Assembly: GCA_963662405.2 (NCBI GenBank)
Contig: CAXXKT010000001.1
Coordinates: forward strand, 1,824,001-1,888,000
Reading direction: 5' to 3'
Length of the DNA: 64,000 nt
DNA from: Syntrophales bacterium
GTDB lineage: Bacteria > Desulfobacterota > Syntrophia > Syntrophales > UBA2210
Numbering within the stretch: the stretch's first letter is position 1; each line of letters opens with the position of its first letter. Both the position numbers and the translations under genes were made by a program. Positions 1-8,036 of this stretch are shown in pieces. The notes beneath the pieces were generated by a model. The model saw only the letters and a list, made by a program, of their open reading frames with translations, had not been told where the DNA came from and made no database searches.

Positions 1-2081
1 AATGGATCGGCGATGAGGTAGAGGGTTGCGACCACCGCGATCCAGAGGACGGCGATCATGACCTGTCTCTGTGTGCCGATTTTTCCGGCAATCAGACTCC
101 CAAGCCCCGAATAGACCAGGAAGGAGCCGATGACGACGATGGCGGAGAAGACGGGGTCGTACAGATACCGGATGAACTGCTGGAGACACGCCATCTCCAG
201 GAGCATATAGGCCAGGCCGAGGGAACCGAAATAGAGCAAGACGGGGACCTTCCCGCGCGTTTTCTCCCCGCCTATCCCGATGGGAAGGATAATCAGGGTC
301 AGACTCAGGATGGCCAGAACCACGAGGGCCGTCCAGAGGAGGAGGTACCCCCAGTCGATCAGGGCAATCGAGACCCGCCCGTAGGGGATGAGATACTTTT
401 TAATGATATCCTTCTTGAAGGTATGGGAGAAGAAGGGGCGGTCGTCGGTGGCGGGGCGGACGAAGAAAGGGTACGCGTCGTAGAAGCGCTGTCTCTCTCC
501 CGCGAGAAGCCGTGTCGCGGCGGTGAAGAAATAACTCTCGTCGAGCCGGTTGACGAGATTCGTCTCCTCACGTGTGATCCCGGGGTAGTAGCAGAGGTCG
601 AAGAGGCGCTCCCTGCAGAAGATTTTCACGGTTTCTAGCTGTTCCGGTGTGAAGGGGCCCTCCTTGACCAGGATGGTCGCCGTCTGCCAGCTCCTGATCA
701 TGACGATCGACCCGCAGGCCTTTGCGGGCCCGAGGGCGGCGATCGCCGTTGCCAAGATCTTGATCGAGTCGCGGGGCGGATTCTTGATCCACCGCGATAT
801 GCAGAGGATACCTCCCGGCGCAAGCCGCTCCCGTGCGGTCCGGAGGGCGTCGGTCGTGAAAAGGTAGTTTTCATTCAGCGAGTAAACACCCGCCGCGGCA
901 GACTCCATCGATTCGAGGAGGCTCATCTGGATCAGATCGAACCGCTTCTCCGTCCGTTCCAGGTATCCCCGGCCGTCCTCGACTATGATCCGGGCGCGTG
1001 TCGGGTCGTAGAGGCCACCACTGAAGGCGCGGTACTCTCCCTGCATGAGGCGAACGATCTCCCGGTTCATCTCCACAATGGCTATCTCCCGCGACCCGTG
1101 GTGGCGGGCGCTGATGACCTCCGTCCCCCCACCCCCACCGATGACGAGGACCGAAGGCCTGTCCAGAAAACAGTAGGGGAGGGAAGTCGTACGCCATTCC
1201 ATAGAACGCGTATCACCGCCGGTTGCGTTGATCGCTCCAGCCATGTCTCCGTTCAGGAAGAGGCCCTTCTGCTCGGGCAGGTCGAAGGGACAATTCAGAC
1301 TCAGGTCCGGGAGGTAGTGGTACACAGGGCTGCCCAGGACGGTGACGAGACCGAGGGGACCGAAGACCTCCGTCTCTACCCTCGCCCCCGCCTGGCTCCG
1401 GGCAACGGAGAGGTCTTTGAATTCGCTCATCCCCACCGGCCTGCCGTGCAGGAAGGTGAAATAGAAGGGTATCGTTGCGATCAATGCGATTGTCGTGACG
1501 ACAATCCCCCCGCGGCCCTCCGCTGCCGCAAGAGAGGCGCAGAGGATGATCAGCGAGAGGATCAGGATAATCTCGTACGGTCCCAGGCCGAAGAAGGAGA
1601 GAAGGATCGGGAGGGTCCCGACGCCCGAGCCGGCCAGATTGGCGAAGTAGATCCGGTGGATCTCGCCGGTACAGACCGCGAGACTGAGGTCCACGCACAG
1701 GGCGCCGATAAAGAAGGGAACCAGGAGGGAAAGGCTCAGGGCGAGGAGACCGAGCACCTCCCGTGGCTCCCAGATGATCATCAACGGGTTGAAGGCGATC
1801 ACCTCTCCCAGGAAGACGGAGCCCCAGAGGGCGATGACCAGCACGAAGGGAACACAATACAGGATTGTCTTGAAATGTCGCTCCAGCCACTCACGGAAGA
1901 GGAAGATAAACGAACCGCTCGCCCCGAAGCCGATCAGGGCGATACTGACGATCAGGGAGGCAAAGTGGTGCCAGTAGCGGATGGCAAAAATCTTGAAAAG
2001 GAGGATCTCATAGGCGATCAGGGCGGCCGAGACGAGGAATACGACGGTCTGGACCCGTCTGATGGAGAGGGAGGAATCCAT
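1..2081 (-). CDS. Membrane protein fused to a spermidine-synthase-like SAM-binding domain (3' end runs off the window)
   Basis: Not in the ORF track because it is truncated. Manual translation from ATG 2081: MDSSLSIRRVQTVVFLVSAALIAYEILL...HHFASLIVSIALIGFGASG, several TM helices, then VLVIGGGGGTE, IVEDGRGYLE, FDLIQMS, ENYLFTT. Starts 3 bp after pcm. Confidence 0.8.
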   Translation of the reverse strand, partial: MDSSLSIRRVQTVVFLVSAALIAYEILLFKIFAIRYWHHFASLIVSIALIGFGASGSFIFLFREWLERHFKTILYCVPFVLVIALWGSVFLGEVIAFNPLMIIWEPREVLGLLALSLSLLVPFFIGALCVDLSLAVCTGEIHRIYFANLAGSGVGTLPILLSFFGLGPYEIILILSLIILCASLAAAEGRGGIVVTTIALIATIPFYFTFLHGRPVGMSEFKDLSVARSQAGARVETEVFGPLGLVTVLGSPVYHYLPDLSLNCPFDLPEQKGLFLNGDMAGAINATGGDTRSMEWRTTSLPYCFLDRPSVLVIGGGGGTEVISARHHGSREIAIVEMNREIVRLMQGEYRAFSGGLYDPTRARIIVEDGRGYLERTEKRFDLIQMSLLESMESAAAGVYSLNENYLFTTDALRTARERLAPGGILCISRWIKNPPRDSIKILATAIAALGPAKACGSIVMIRSWQTATILVKEGPFTPEQLETVKIFCRERLFDLCYYPGITREETNLVNRLDESYFFTAATRLLAGERQRFYDAYPFFVRPATDDRPFFSHTFKKDIIKKYLIPYGRVSIALIDWGYLLLWTALVVLAILSLTLIILPIGIGGEKTRGKVPVLLYFGSLGLAYMLLEMACLQQFIRYLYDPVFSAIVVIGSFLVYSGLGSLIAGKIGTQRQVMIAVLWIAVVATLYLIADP

Positions 2082-2084
2082 GGG

Positions 2085-2807
2085 TTATTCATGACTCCCG
2101 GTGAGGGGGACGAAGCGCACCGCCATCAGGTTTTGGGTGGTGATCCTCCCGGTCCGGTCCTTTTCCACGAGGACAAGACTCTGGACCATAAAGGGACCGC
2201 CGACCGGGATCACCATTCTCCCCCCCGGTTTGAGCTGCCTCAGGAGGAGGGGCGGGATGTGCCCGGCCGCGGCGGTCACGATGATCGCGTCGAAGGGGGC
2301 ATGTTCTTCCCAGCCGTAGTAGCCGTCGGCATGCCTGACCGTGACGTTGGTATACCCCAGATCCTCCAGCCGGTGTGCGGCCGTCTTCGCGAGCTGGGGT
2401 ATGATCTCGATTGTGTAAACGCTCTTCGCAACGGCCGAGAGGACCGCGGCCTGGTACCCCGACCCCGTTCCGATTTCGAGGACCGTGCTCTCCCTGCTTA
2501 CCCCGACGATCTCCGTCATATACGCCACGATATACGGTTGAGAGATGGTCTGCCCGAAACCGATGGGGAGGGGCGTATCGTCGTATGCCTCGGCCACTAA
2601 TCTCTCGGGGACGAACCGGTGGCGGGGGACGGTGCTCATCGCCAGGAGGACCTCGTGGTTCGTGACCCCCCGCCGGGCGATCTGATATTTCACCATTCGC
2701 TCCCGCATGGACGCAAAGGCGGTCTCATCCGGCTCCGCTGCGGGTACATCCCCCGTAATGAGTAGTATCAGGAGCAGTATGACGCCTGTCGTTCGAATCA
2801 TATGCAT
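2085..2807 (-). CDS. pcm: Protein-L-isoaspartate O-methyltransferase with an N-terminal signal-like segment
   Basis: GQTISQPYIVA, VLEIGTGSGYQAA, APFDAIIVTAAA, QLKPGGRMVIPVG. Confidence 0.95.
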   Translation of the reverse strand: MHMIRTTGVILLLILLITGDVPAAEPDETAFASMRERMVKYQIARRGVTNHEVLLAMSTVPRHRFVPERLVAEAYDDTPLPIGFGQTISQPYIVAYMTEIVGVSRESTVLEIGTGSGYQAAVLSAVAKSVYTIEIIPQLAKTAAHRLEDLGYTNVTVRHADGYYGWEEHAPFDAIIVTAAAGHIPPLLLRQLKPGGRMVIPVGGPFMVQSLVLVEKDRTGRITTQNLMAVRFVPLTGSHE

Positions 2808-3011
2808 CGGTTTGTGGTGGGTCGCGCTGTTAGCCCCGCTTTATATCCGTCACGGGAAGGAGAGAAGATGCGTGCTGCGCTGAACGATTGTAGTCGATGG
2901 GCGGGGGGAGTTTGAACCTGATGACCAGTATAACGCGTACGGTCGTTATTTCAAGTCATAAAAAGGCGACCTGACGGCGAAGCCGATTCACTTTTGTTTC
3001 GAAATTACGTA

Positions 3012-3040
3012 TTGACAAACAAATATCCCCCTCCTATACT
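3012..3040 (+). promoter_or_regulatory. sigma70 promoter of the transglutaminase-like gene
   Basis: TTGACA-17 bp-TATACT. Confidence 0.7.
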
Positions 3041-3101
3041 CCCCTTCCTTAAAGAAAGGCCGTTATTAAGGATGGCCTCTGAACAGTTGAAGGAGTTATT
3101 C

Positions 3102-3746
3102 ATGGATGAATATTCACAAGCCACCGCTGCCATAGAATCCCAGCATCCGCTGATCGTGGCGAAGGCCGGCGAAGTGGTAGGGGATTCAGCCACGGATCGT
3201 GACAAGGTGGTACGCCTCTTTGCATTCGTGCGCGACCGGATTCCCTATAACCTCTTTATGATCTCGATGCACCCGGACGATTTTCGGGCGTCATTCATAC
3301 TGGAGTCGCAGAAGGGGTACTGCGTACAGAAGGCCGTCTTGCTGTGCGCCCTTGCCCGGGCAGTCGGGGTCCCCTCCCGACTGGTACTGGCACGGATCCG
3401 CAACCATCGCGTTCCTCCCGCGCTTCGAGCCCGTCTGGGGCGCAACGAATTTCCCGGTCACGGCTACAATCAGTTCTACATCGACGACCGCTGGGTATCC
3501 GCGGCCGCCACCTTCGACGCCGCCCTGTGCGCACGGATCGGTGTGCCGGTGGTGGAATTCGACGGTTACAAAGACGCTACCTTGCCGGATAAGGGCCTGG
3601 ACGGAGAGCCATATATCGAGTATCTTGAGCAATACGGGTACTTCGCCGACCTCCCTCTCGATTTTATCACCGAGCGTACCTCAAAGATCTGGGGATGGGA
3701 GAAACGCTCCTGGCTCCGTCCCGAGGATGATACCGGTTTCCCGTGA
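3102..3746 (+). CDS. Transglutaminase-like family protein
   Basis: GYCVQKAVLLCALARAVGVPSRL, HGYNQFYIDDRWV; AGGAG RBS before ATG 3102. Confidence 0.85.
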   Translation: MDEYSQATAAIESQHPLIVAKAGEVVGDSATDRDKVVRLFAFVRDRIPYNLFMISMHPDDFRASFILESQKGYCVQKAVLLCALARAVGVPSRLVLARIRNHRVPPALRARLGRNEFPGHGYNQFYIDDRWVSAAATFDAALCARIGVPVVEFDGYKDATLPDKGLDGEPYIEYLEQYGYFADLPLDFITERTSKIWGWEKRSWLRPEDDTGFP

Positions 3747-3812
3747 GTTAGAGACCTTGCGATTTGTGAAGGATGTGCGCTATTGAAAGTCCCTGCCGGT
3801 GCGGATCGCCGG

Positions 3813-4793
3813 TCAGCCGGTGTGCTGTGCCTGTAGGTGTCCCTCGGGCTTTGCCCCGTCGGAGGTCTGTCGCTGAAGGGGCTCTGCCGTCACCCCGTTC
3901 TTCAGGAGATACCCTTTCAGTCCGCGGATGCTGTTACCGATGAATTCCTCCTCCCTGACCTTGATGTCGTCCGGGAGGAGAGGATAGCTCTGCATGCAGG
4001 GGTCCTGGGCAAGGATATCGTTAAAAACGTCTTCCTCGCTGAATTCCCCATTCCTCCGGAGACGTGTTTCCATGATGTCGAGCCAGAGGGGGATCTGCGC
4101 TCGGGCGTGCCGGAACAGGTTTTCAGGGTCGCGCCGGAGCCCGTAGTGGGCGAAGCAGACCGTTGCAATGTCGAGAGAGGCAAGCTTCTCGAAAGAGTCG
4201 CGCTGTATCTCAAGGTTGAAGACGGGCGGTGTGGCCGGACGCAGGTACAGGCCCTCCCCGACGGGGCAGGTAACGCCGATGGTTTCACCCGCGAAGAGAC
4301 AGTCCCCTTTCAGAAAAGACAGGTGGTGGGGTGAGTGCCCCGGCGTCTGAAGGACCTTGACCGGCCCGGTCTCCAGTTCTATCGTTTCGTGAAAGGCAAC
4401 ACGCTCTTCCGAAATCGAGGCGATATTTCCGTACAGCTCCGCGACGGACCCCAGGACCTCCTGCGATGCCTTCCACAGTTTTTCCGGGTGCACTACATGG
4501 GTGATACCCTTTGGGTGACAGACGACCTTAGTTCCGGGATAGTCATCCATGATGAGTCCCGCTCCCCCGGCGTGATCGATGTGGATGTGTGTCAGCAGGA
4601 TGTACGATATTTTTGTGACCCCCAGCCTTCTCAGGGCCTCTTTCAGGACGGGGATCGTCGACCGAGGGCCGGGATCGATGAGGATGACCCCGCCCTTTTC
4701 GCGAATCACCCAGCTGCTGATGAAGTACCGGAACCCCTCCCGGGGCTGGTCAAGGTCGATGAGAAACAGACTGTCGCCGCAATCGTGAAGCAT
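3813..4793 (-). CDS. MBL-fold metallo-hydrolase
   Basis: THIHIDHAGG, TPGHSPHH. Confidence 0.9.
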   Translation of the reverse strand: MLHDCGDSLFLIDLDQPREGFRYFISSWVIREKGGVILIDPGPRSTIPVLKEALRRLGVTKISYILLTHIHIDHAGGAGLIMDDYPGTKVVCHPKGITHVVHPEKLWKASQEVLGSVAELYGNIASISEERVAFHETIELETGPVKVLQTPGHSPHHLSFLKGDCLFAGETIGVTCPVGEGLYLRPATPPVFNLEIQRDSFEKLASLDIATVCFAHYGLRRDPENLFRHARAQIPLWLDIMETRLRRNGEFSEEDVFNDILAQDPCMQSYPLLPDDIKVREEEFIGNSIRGLKGYLLKNGVTAEPLQRQTSDGAKPEGHLQAQHTG

Positions 4794-5044
4794 GGAGGGC
4801 CTTTCTGATGTGTCCCGCGCGTGATATCGTTCTGTGAAGAACGAACAGTGCCCCTATAACACGTGTCGGGAAGGCAGACAAGGCCGACTTCCAAAAACTG
4901 TGTGGGTTTTTGATGGAGAGCAGGATACCTCCCGCAATTTTCAAACTTCCGCCGGGCTTTGTTTGAAAAAAATCGTTTTTGTTCGTTGTATGTTTGTTGA
5001 AATTATTTGAGAGTCAGGTGGTTATAATTTCACTGAATATTTCT

Positions 5045-5077
5045 TTTGATAATCATTTGATAATCATTTGATAATCA
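5045..5077. repeat. Tandem repeat, 3 x TTTGATAATCA
   Basis: Three perfect 11-bp copies seen directly. Confidence 0.9.
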
Positions 5078-5126
5078 TTAACGTCGCCATCTGCCGCGGC
5101 ACGTCGGCAGTATGGCATTGTTGGGT
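5076..5126 (-). mobile_element. attC-like integron recombination site (51 bp)
   Basis: Minus strand: ACCCAAC-AATGC-CATACTGC-CGACG-TGC-CGCG-GCAGATG-GCGAC-GTTAATG, i.e. R''/spacer/L''/hairpin/L'/spacer/R' with two extrahelical bases, 25 bp past the kinase stop. Confidence 0.75.
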
Positions 5127-5151
5127 TCTGGTTATCTAATTGTGCAGACGG

Positions 5152-6744
5152 TCATGCGGTTGTCTCTGGTGAGTCCGGTTCCACAAAGTGATCCCTTGCG
5201 CTGATCCAGCGCTTGCGTAAACTCTCCAACTGGGGTTCCTGGGGCACTAATTTCCGGACTTCGTCCAACAGATTACAGGCTTGGGAGTACCGCCCCGCCA
5301 GCCACGCTCTGCTCGCGTCGTTCAAAACACGACATGCTTGGATCACTTTACCCCCATCGTCAACCTGCTCTTTCATTTGCCCGTCATAGGCACCCAATAG
5401 CCGTAGCCGTTCAATACTGGTGTTGAGGATTTCCGCCTTCGCCTCAACGTCACTGAAGAGCTTCTTGGGTTCCGGGTCCCAAAATGAGAAAGAAGGCCAT
5501 AGGCAGTCCGCTGTGATGCTCTCGTGGTGGCCTAGGACGAACCTGACGACCAATCTGGACGCTTCGACCAGTAGATCCGTGTCCTCTCGGGTGCAGTCCT
5601 TCCTGCACATTCGGTGAAGCGCTTTCGACAGGTGGTGCACACGAAGAGTGCTTTCGAGAGAAGCCACGCCCGCTTCTACCGTGTCTTTGAGGCGTTTTCT
5701 AATGTCTGCTTGTACGGACTCTCGTTGGCCAGGTATTACGGCAAGTCTCAACTGTCTGCCAATTTCATCTTCTAACTCACAGTATGTAGAGAGGTAATCG
5801 AAATATCTAAAGAGGAGTTCGAGTTGTTCAAGAGTGTTGGGGTTTAATGTCTTAAGGATACTCGCCAGTCGATCGTAACAACGCTGAAACGGGGGACGCT
5901 TACTTGGGTCAGCAGCCAACATTTGTGTTACCAAACTCACCAGTTCTTGAGCCTGGGGGACTACTTGTGCAGGAGCAAAATGTCTTTCCCCTTCAATGGT
6001 CCATTTCTTCAGCTTTGAGCCTTTCCATTTCCACACCTTTGGACCTGAGCCTTTCACTGCAGGATGATAGCCCTGATACAGCTCTGCGATCACCAGCCCT
6101 ACCCCGAATATGTCAGGAGCGAATGCGTCGTACAATTTGGCGTCATGCTGTTCGGGACCTTTGTAAGCATTGCTTCCACCCAAATGGCTGTCGTGCCAAG
6201 CGTTTGCAACCCCAAAGTCTGCAATTCGGACGGAGTACTTCACCGAGGGATCAACACCCGGAGGTGGAAACCCTTGGAATTTCCGACTCAGGTCTATGTA
6301 AAGCAGATTCTCGGGTTTCACGTCTTGATGGTGTTCCATGCCACGATTATTCGCAACTATCATTCCCTTCACTATCTGCAAAGCCAGGCAAACCACACCT
6401 GTCAGACTTTGTTCTTGTCCCACCAACCTGCTGAGGTCGCCATCACAATACGGCATACAGATTAGCGGAACACCATCCCAGCTTTCGACGAAGATCGGCT
6501 TGATTACAAGCGGATGGCCCGCAAAATGGAACCAGCTTCGAGCCTCCCGCTCGATCCGTTCGGTGTCAATGGAAACGTTGCTTTCGAATTCCTGGATGGT
6601 CTTATAGGCGACGCGTTTGGGATAGACGTTCTGTTTGTGTTCGACAATATAGATCAATCCACCTCTTCCTTTCCGCCGCTCTATTACCTTGCCCTTGAAG
6701 ACCGTCATCTCTAGCAACGTCTGAGTGTGCTTATTCCAAGGCAT
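5152..6744 (-). CDS. Hanks-type Ser/Thr protein kinase with a helical C-terminal region, in an integron-like cassette
   Basis: GRGGLIY, VAYKT, HQDVKPENLL, ADFG, YKGPEQ, DIFGVG; AAAGGA RBS before ATG 6744; lower GC than flanks. Confidence 0.85.
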   Translation of the reverse strand: MPWNKHTQTLLEMTVFKGKVIERRKGRGGLIYIVEHKQNVYPKRVAYKTIQEFESNVSIDTERIEREARSWFHFAGHPLVIKPIFVESWDGVPLICMPYCDGDLSRLVGQEQSLTGVVCLALQIVKGMIVANNRGMEHHQDVKPENLLYIDLSRKFQGFPPPGVDPSVKYSVRIADFGVANAWHDSHLGGSNAYKGPEQHDAKLYDAFAPDIFGVGLVIAELYQGYHPAVKGSGPKVWKWKGSKLKKWTIEGERHFAPAQVVPQAQELVSLVTQMLAADPSKRPPFQRCYDRLASILKTLNPNTLEQLELLFRYFDYLSTYCELEDEIGRQLRLAVIPGQRESVQADIRKRLKDTVEAGVASLESTLRVHHLSKALHRMCRKDCTREDTDLLVEASRLVVRFVLGHHESITADCLWPSFSFWDPEPKKLFSDVEAKAEILNTSIERLRLLGAYDGQMKEQVDDGGKVIQACRVLNDASRAWLAGRYSQACNLLDEVRKLVPQEPQLESLRKRWISARDHFVEPDSPETTA

Positions 6745-6825
6745 GTGACTAATTCCTTTTAATCCTGTGTGACAGGAAGTCAGTGCCCTTGAGTAGGCGG
6801 GTATCTGCATCTTCGTTTGCATGAT

Positions 6826-6890
6826 GCCCAACCTGCTTATATAGTTTCTGTATAAAAACCGAACACATCGATTTCACCGTATAAAACCCC
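6826..6890 (-). mobile_element. Putative attI-like site / cassette 5' boundary
   Basis: GTTGGGC core at 6832-6826 complements the attC ACCCAAC at 6 of 7 positions; AT-rich upstream with GTATAAAA(A)CC direct repeats at 6850 and 6879. Confidence 0.5.
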
Positions 6891-7037
6891 TCGAAGACTT
6901 GTTAAGGATACCGTCGTATGCAATTGCCATAGGTACACATCTATAGAAATCTCCCATTTATGAGGGGGTGTTATGCGGAAACCGCATAATACCCCTTTTC
7001 GAGGGGTGCAGTCATGATATTAATCCGGCAGTTCACG

Positions 7038-7196
7038 AAAAACAAAAGCCCCATCTCTCGTTTTGAGAAACCGGGCTTTGATGACCAGACCATAATCACT
7101 CCCATGGCTATAGCTGTTTACAAGCAGTTGAAAATTGCATAGAGATCAAAACTAATAGGCAAATAACGCTATGATGATGTGTTGTCAAGAGATTTT
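7038..7196 (-). ncRNA. Copy A of a dispersed promoter/micro-ORF/terminator element (putative sRNA or attenuator)
   Basis: Aligns with 56781-56934; TTGACA, MQFSTACKQL* at 7140-7108, terminator AAAGCCCGGTTTCTC-AAAAC-GAGAGATGGGGCTTTT. Confidence 0.55.
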
Positions 7197-7409
7197 GCCG
7201 GGGAATTAAGAGGACGTAACACCTGATCCCCAACCTTTCATACGCGAGAACCTACGATCTTCAGGAATCCAGAGAGAACAATGACGATTGTGTCTCATCG
7301 GCAAATTAATGAAAAAAAGAGAAACAACAGCGCTCCTGATTAAGAAATGAAATATTTCATACCCTGTGCTATAAATCTTGCAACGCAGTACTGAGGGAGG
7401 GCTTCAAAG

Positions 7410-7619
7410 ATGACCAGAGAATTCAATGTGGTAATCGAACGTGATGAAGACGGTTATTTTGTCGCGTCCGTCCCCGAGTTGCGGGGATGTCATACTCAGG
7501 CCAAATCTCTCGATACGCTGATGGAACGTGTGGAAGAGGCCATAGATCTCTGTTTTGAGGTCGAGGAACCTGTATCGAACGAATTCATCGGTATTCAGCG
7601 TGTCGCCATCTCCTCATGA
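7410..7619 (+). CDS. hicB: HicB family antitoxin (short form)
   Basis: VVIERDEDGYFVASVPELRGCHTQAKSL. Confidence 0.9.
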   Translation: MTREFNVVIERDEDGYFVASVPELRGCHTQAKSLDTLMERVEEAIDLCFEVEEPVSNEFIGIQRVAISS

Positions 7620-7840
7620 GTAAATTCCCTCCGCTTACCGGGTCCCAACTTGTCAAGGCCCTTCGAAAACATGGTTTTGAAGTGATCCGAACAAAGGGCA
7701 GTCACCATTTCCTGCGTTATCCTGATGGTAGGAGAACCGTCATACCGGTGCATCGCGGTGAGGCGATCGGGTGCGGACTCCTCGCTCCAATCCTGCGGGA
7801 TTGCGAACTTTCCCGGGACAAGTTTCAGGGACTTCTTTGA
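7616..7840 (+). CDS. hicA: HicA family mRNA interferase toxin
   Basis: LRKHGFEVIRTKGSHHFL...TVIPVH; ATGA overlap with hicB. Confidence 0.9.
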   Translation: MSKFPPLTGSQLVKALRKHGFEVIRTKGSHHFLRYPDGRRTVIPVHRGEAIGCGLLAPILRDCELSRDKFQGLL

Positions 7841-8036
7841 AAAAAAGTAGCAACATTCAACTCATCTTCTGACACCTCTTCAACCCCGGTCTTGTCATTC
7901 CTTGGGATAAGAGGCATAATAGGCTATCCTACAGATTACAGGCTCAGATCGAACGCGAAGCGGATTCTGACCTCACCGTGCCGGACCGTATAACAACGAT
8001 ACCTCCGCTCCAACGGCGGTAGAAAGGAAACAGGAG

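Noticed and set aside
1098..2600. 500-aa plus-strand ORF
   Set aside because: Antisense shadow of pcm and the spermidine-synthase-like gene; no motifs.
6970..7093. 40-aa minus-strand ORF (MVWSSKPG...) with RBS inside element copy A
   Set aside because: Copy B has a stop at codon 3 (ATG GCC TGA), so it is not conserved.
7201..7232. GAATTAAGAGGACGTAACACCTGATCCCC, reminiscent of REP-like ends
   Set aside because: Single degenerate copy with no associated transposase.
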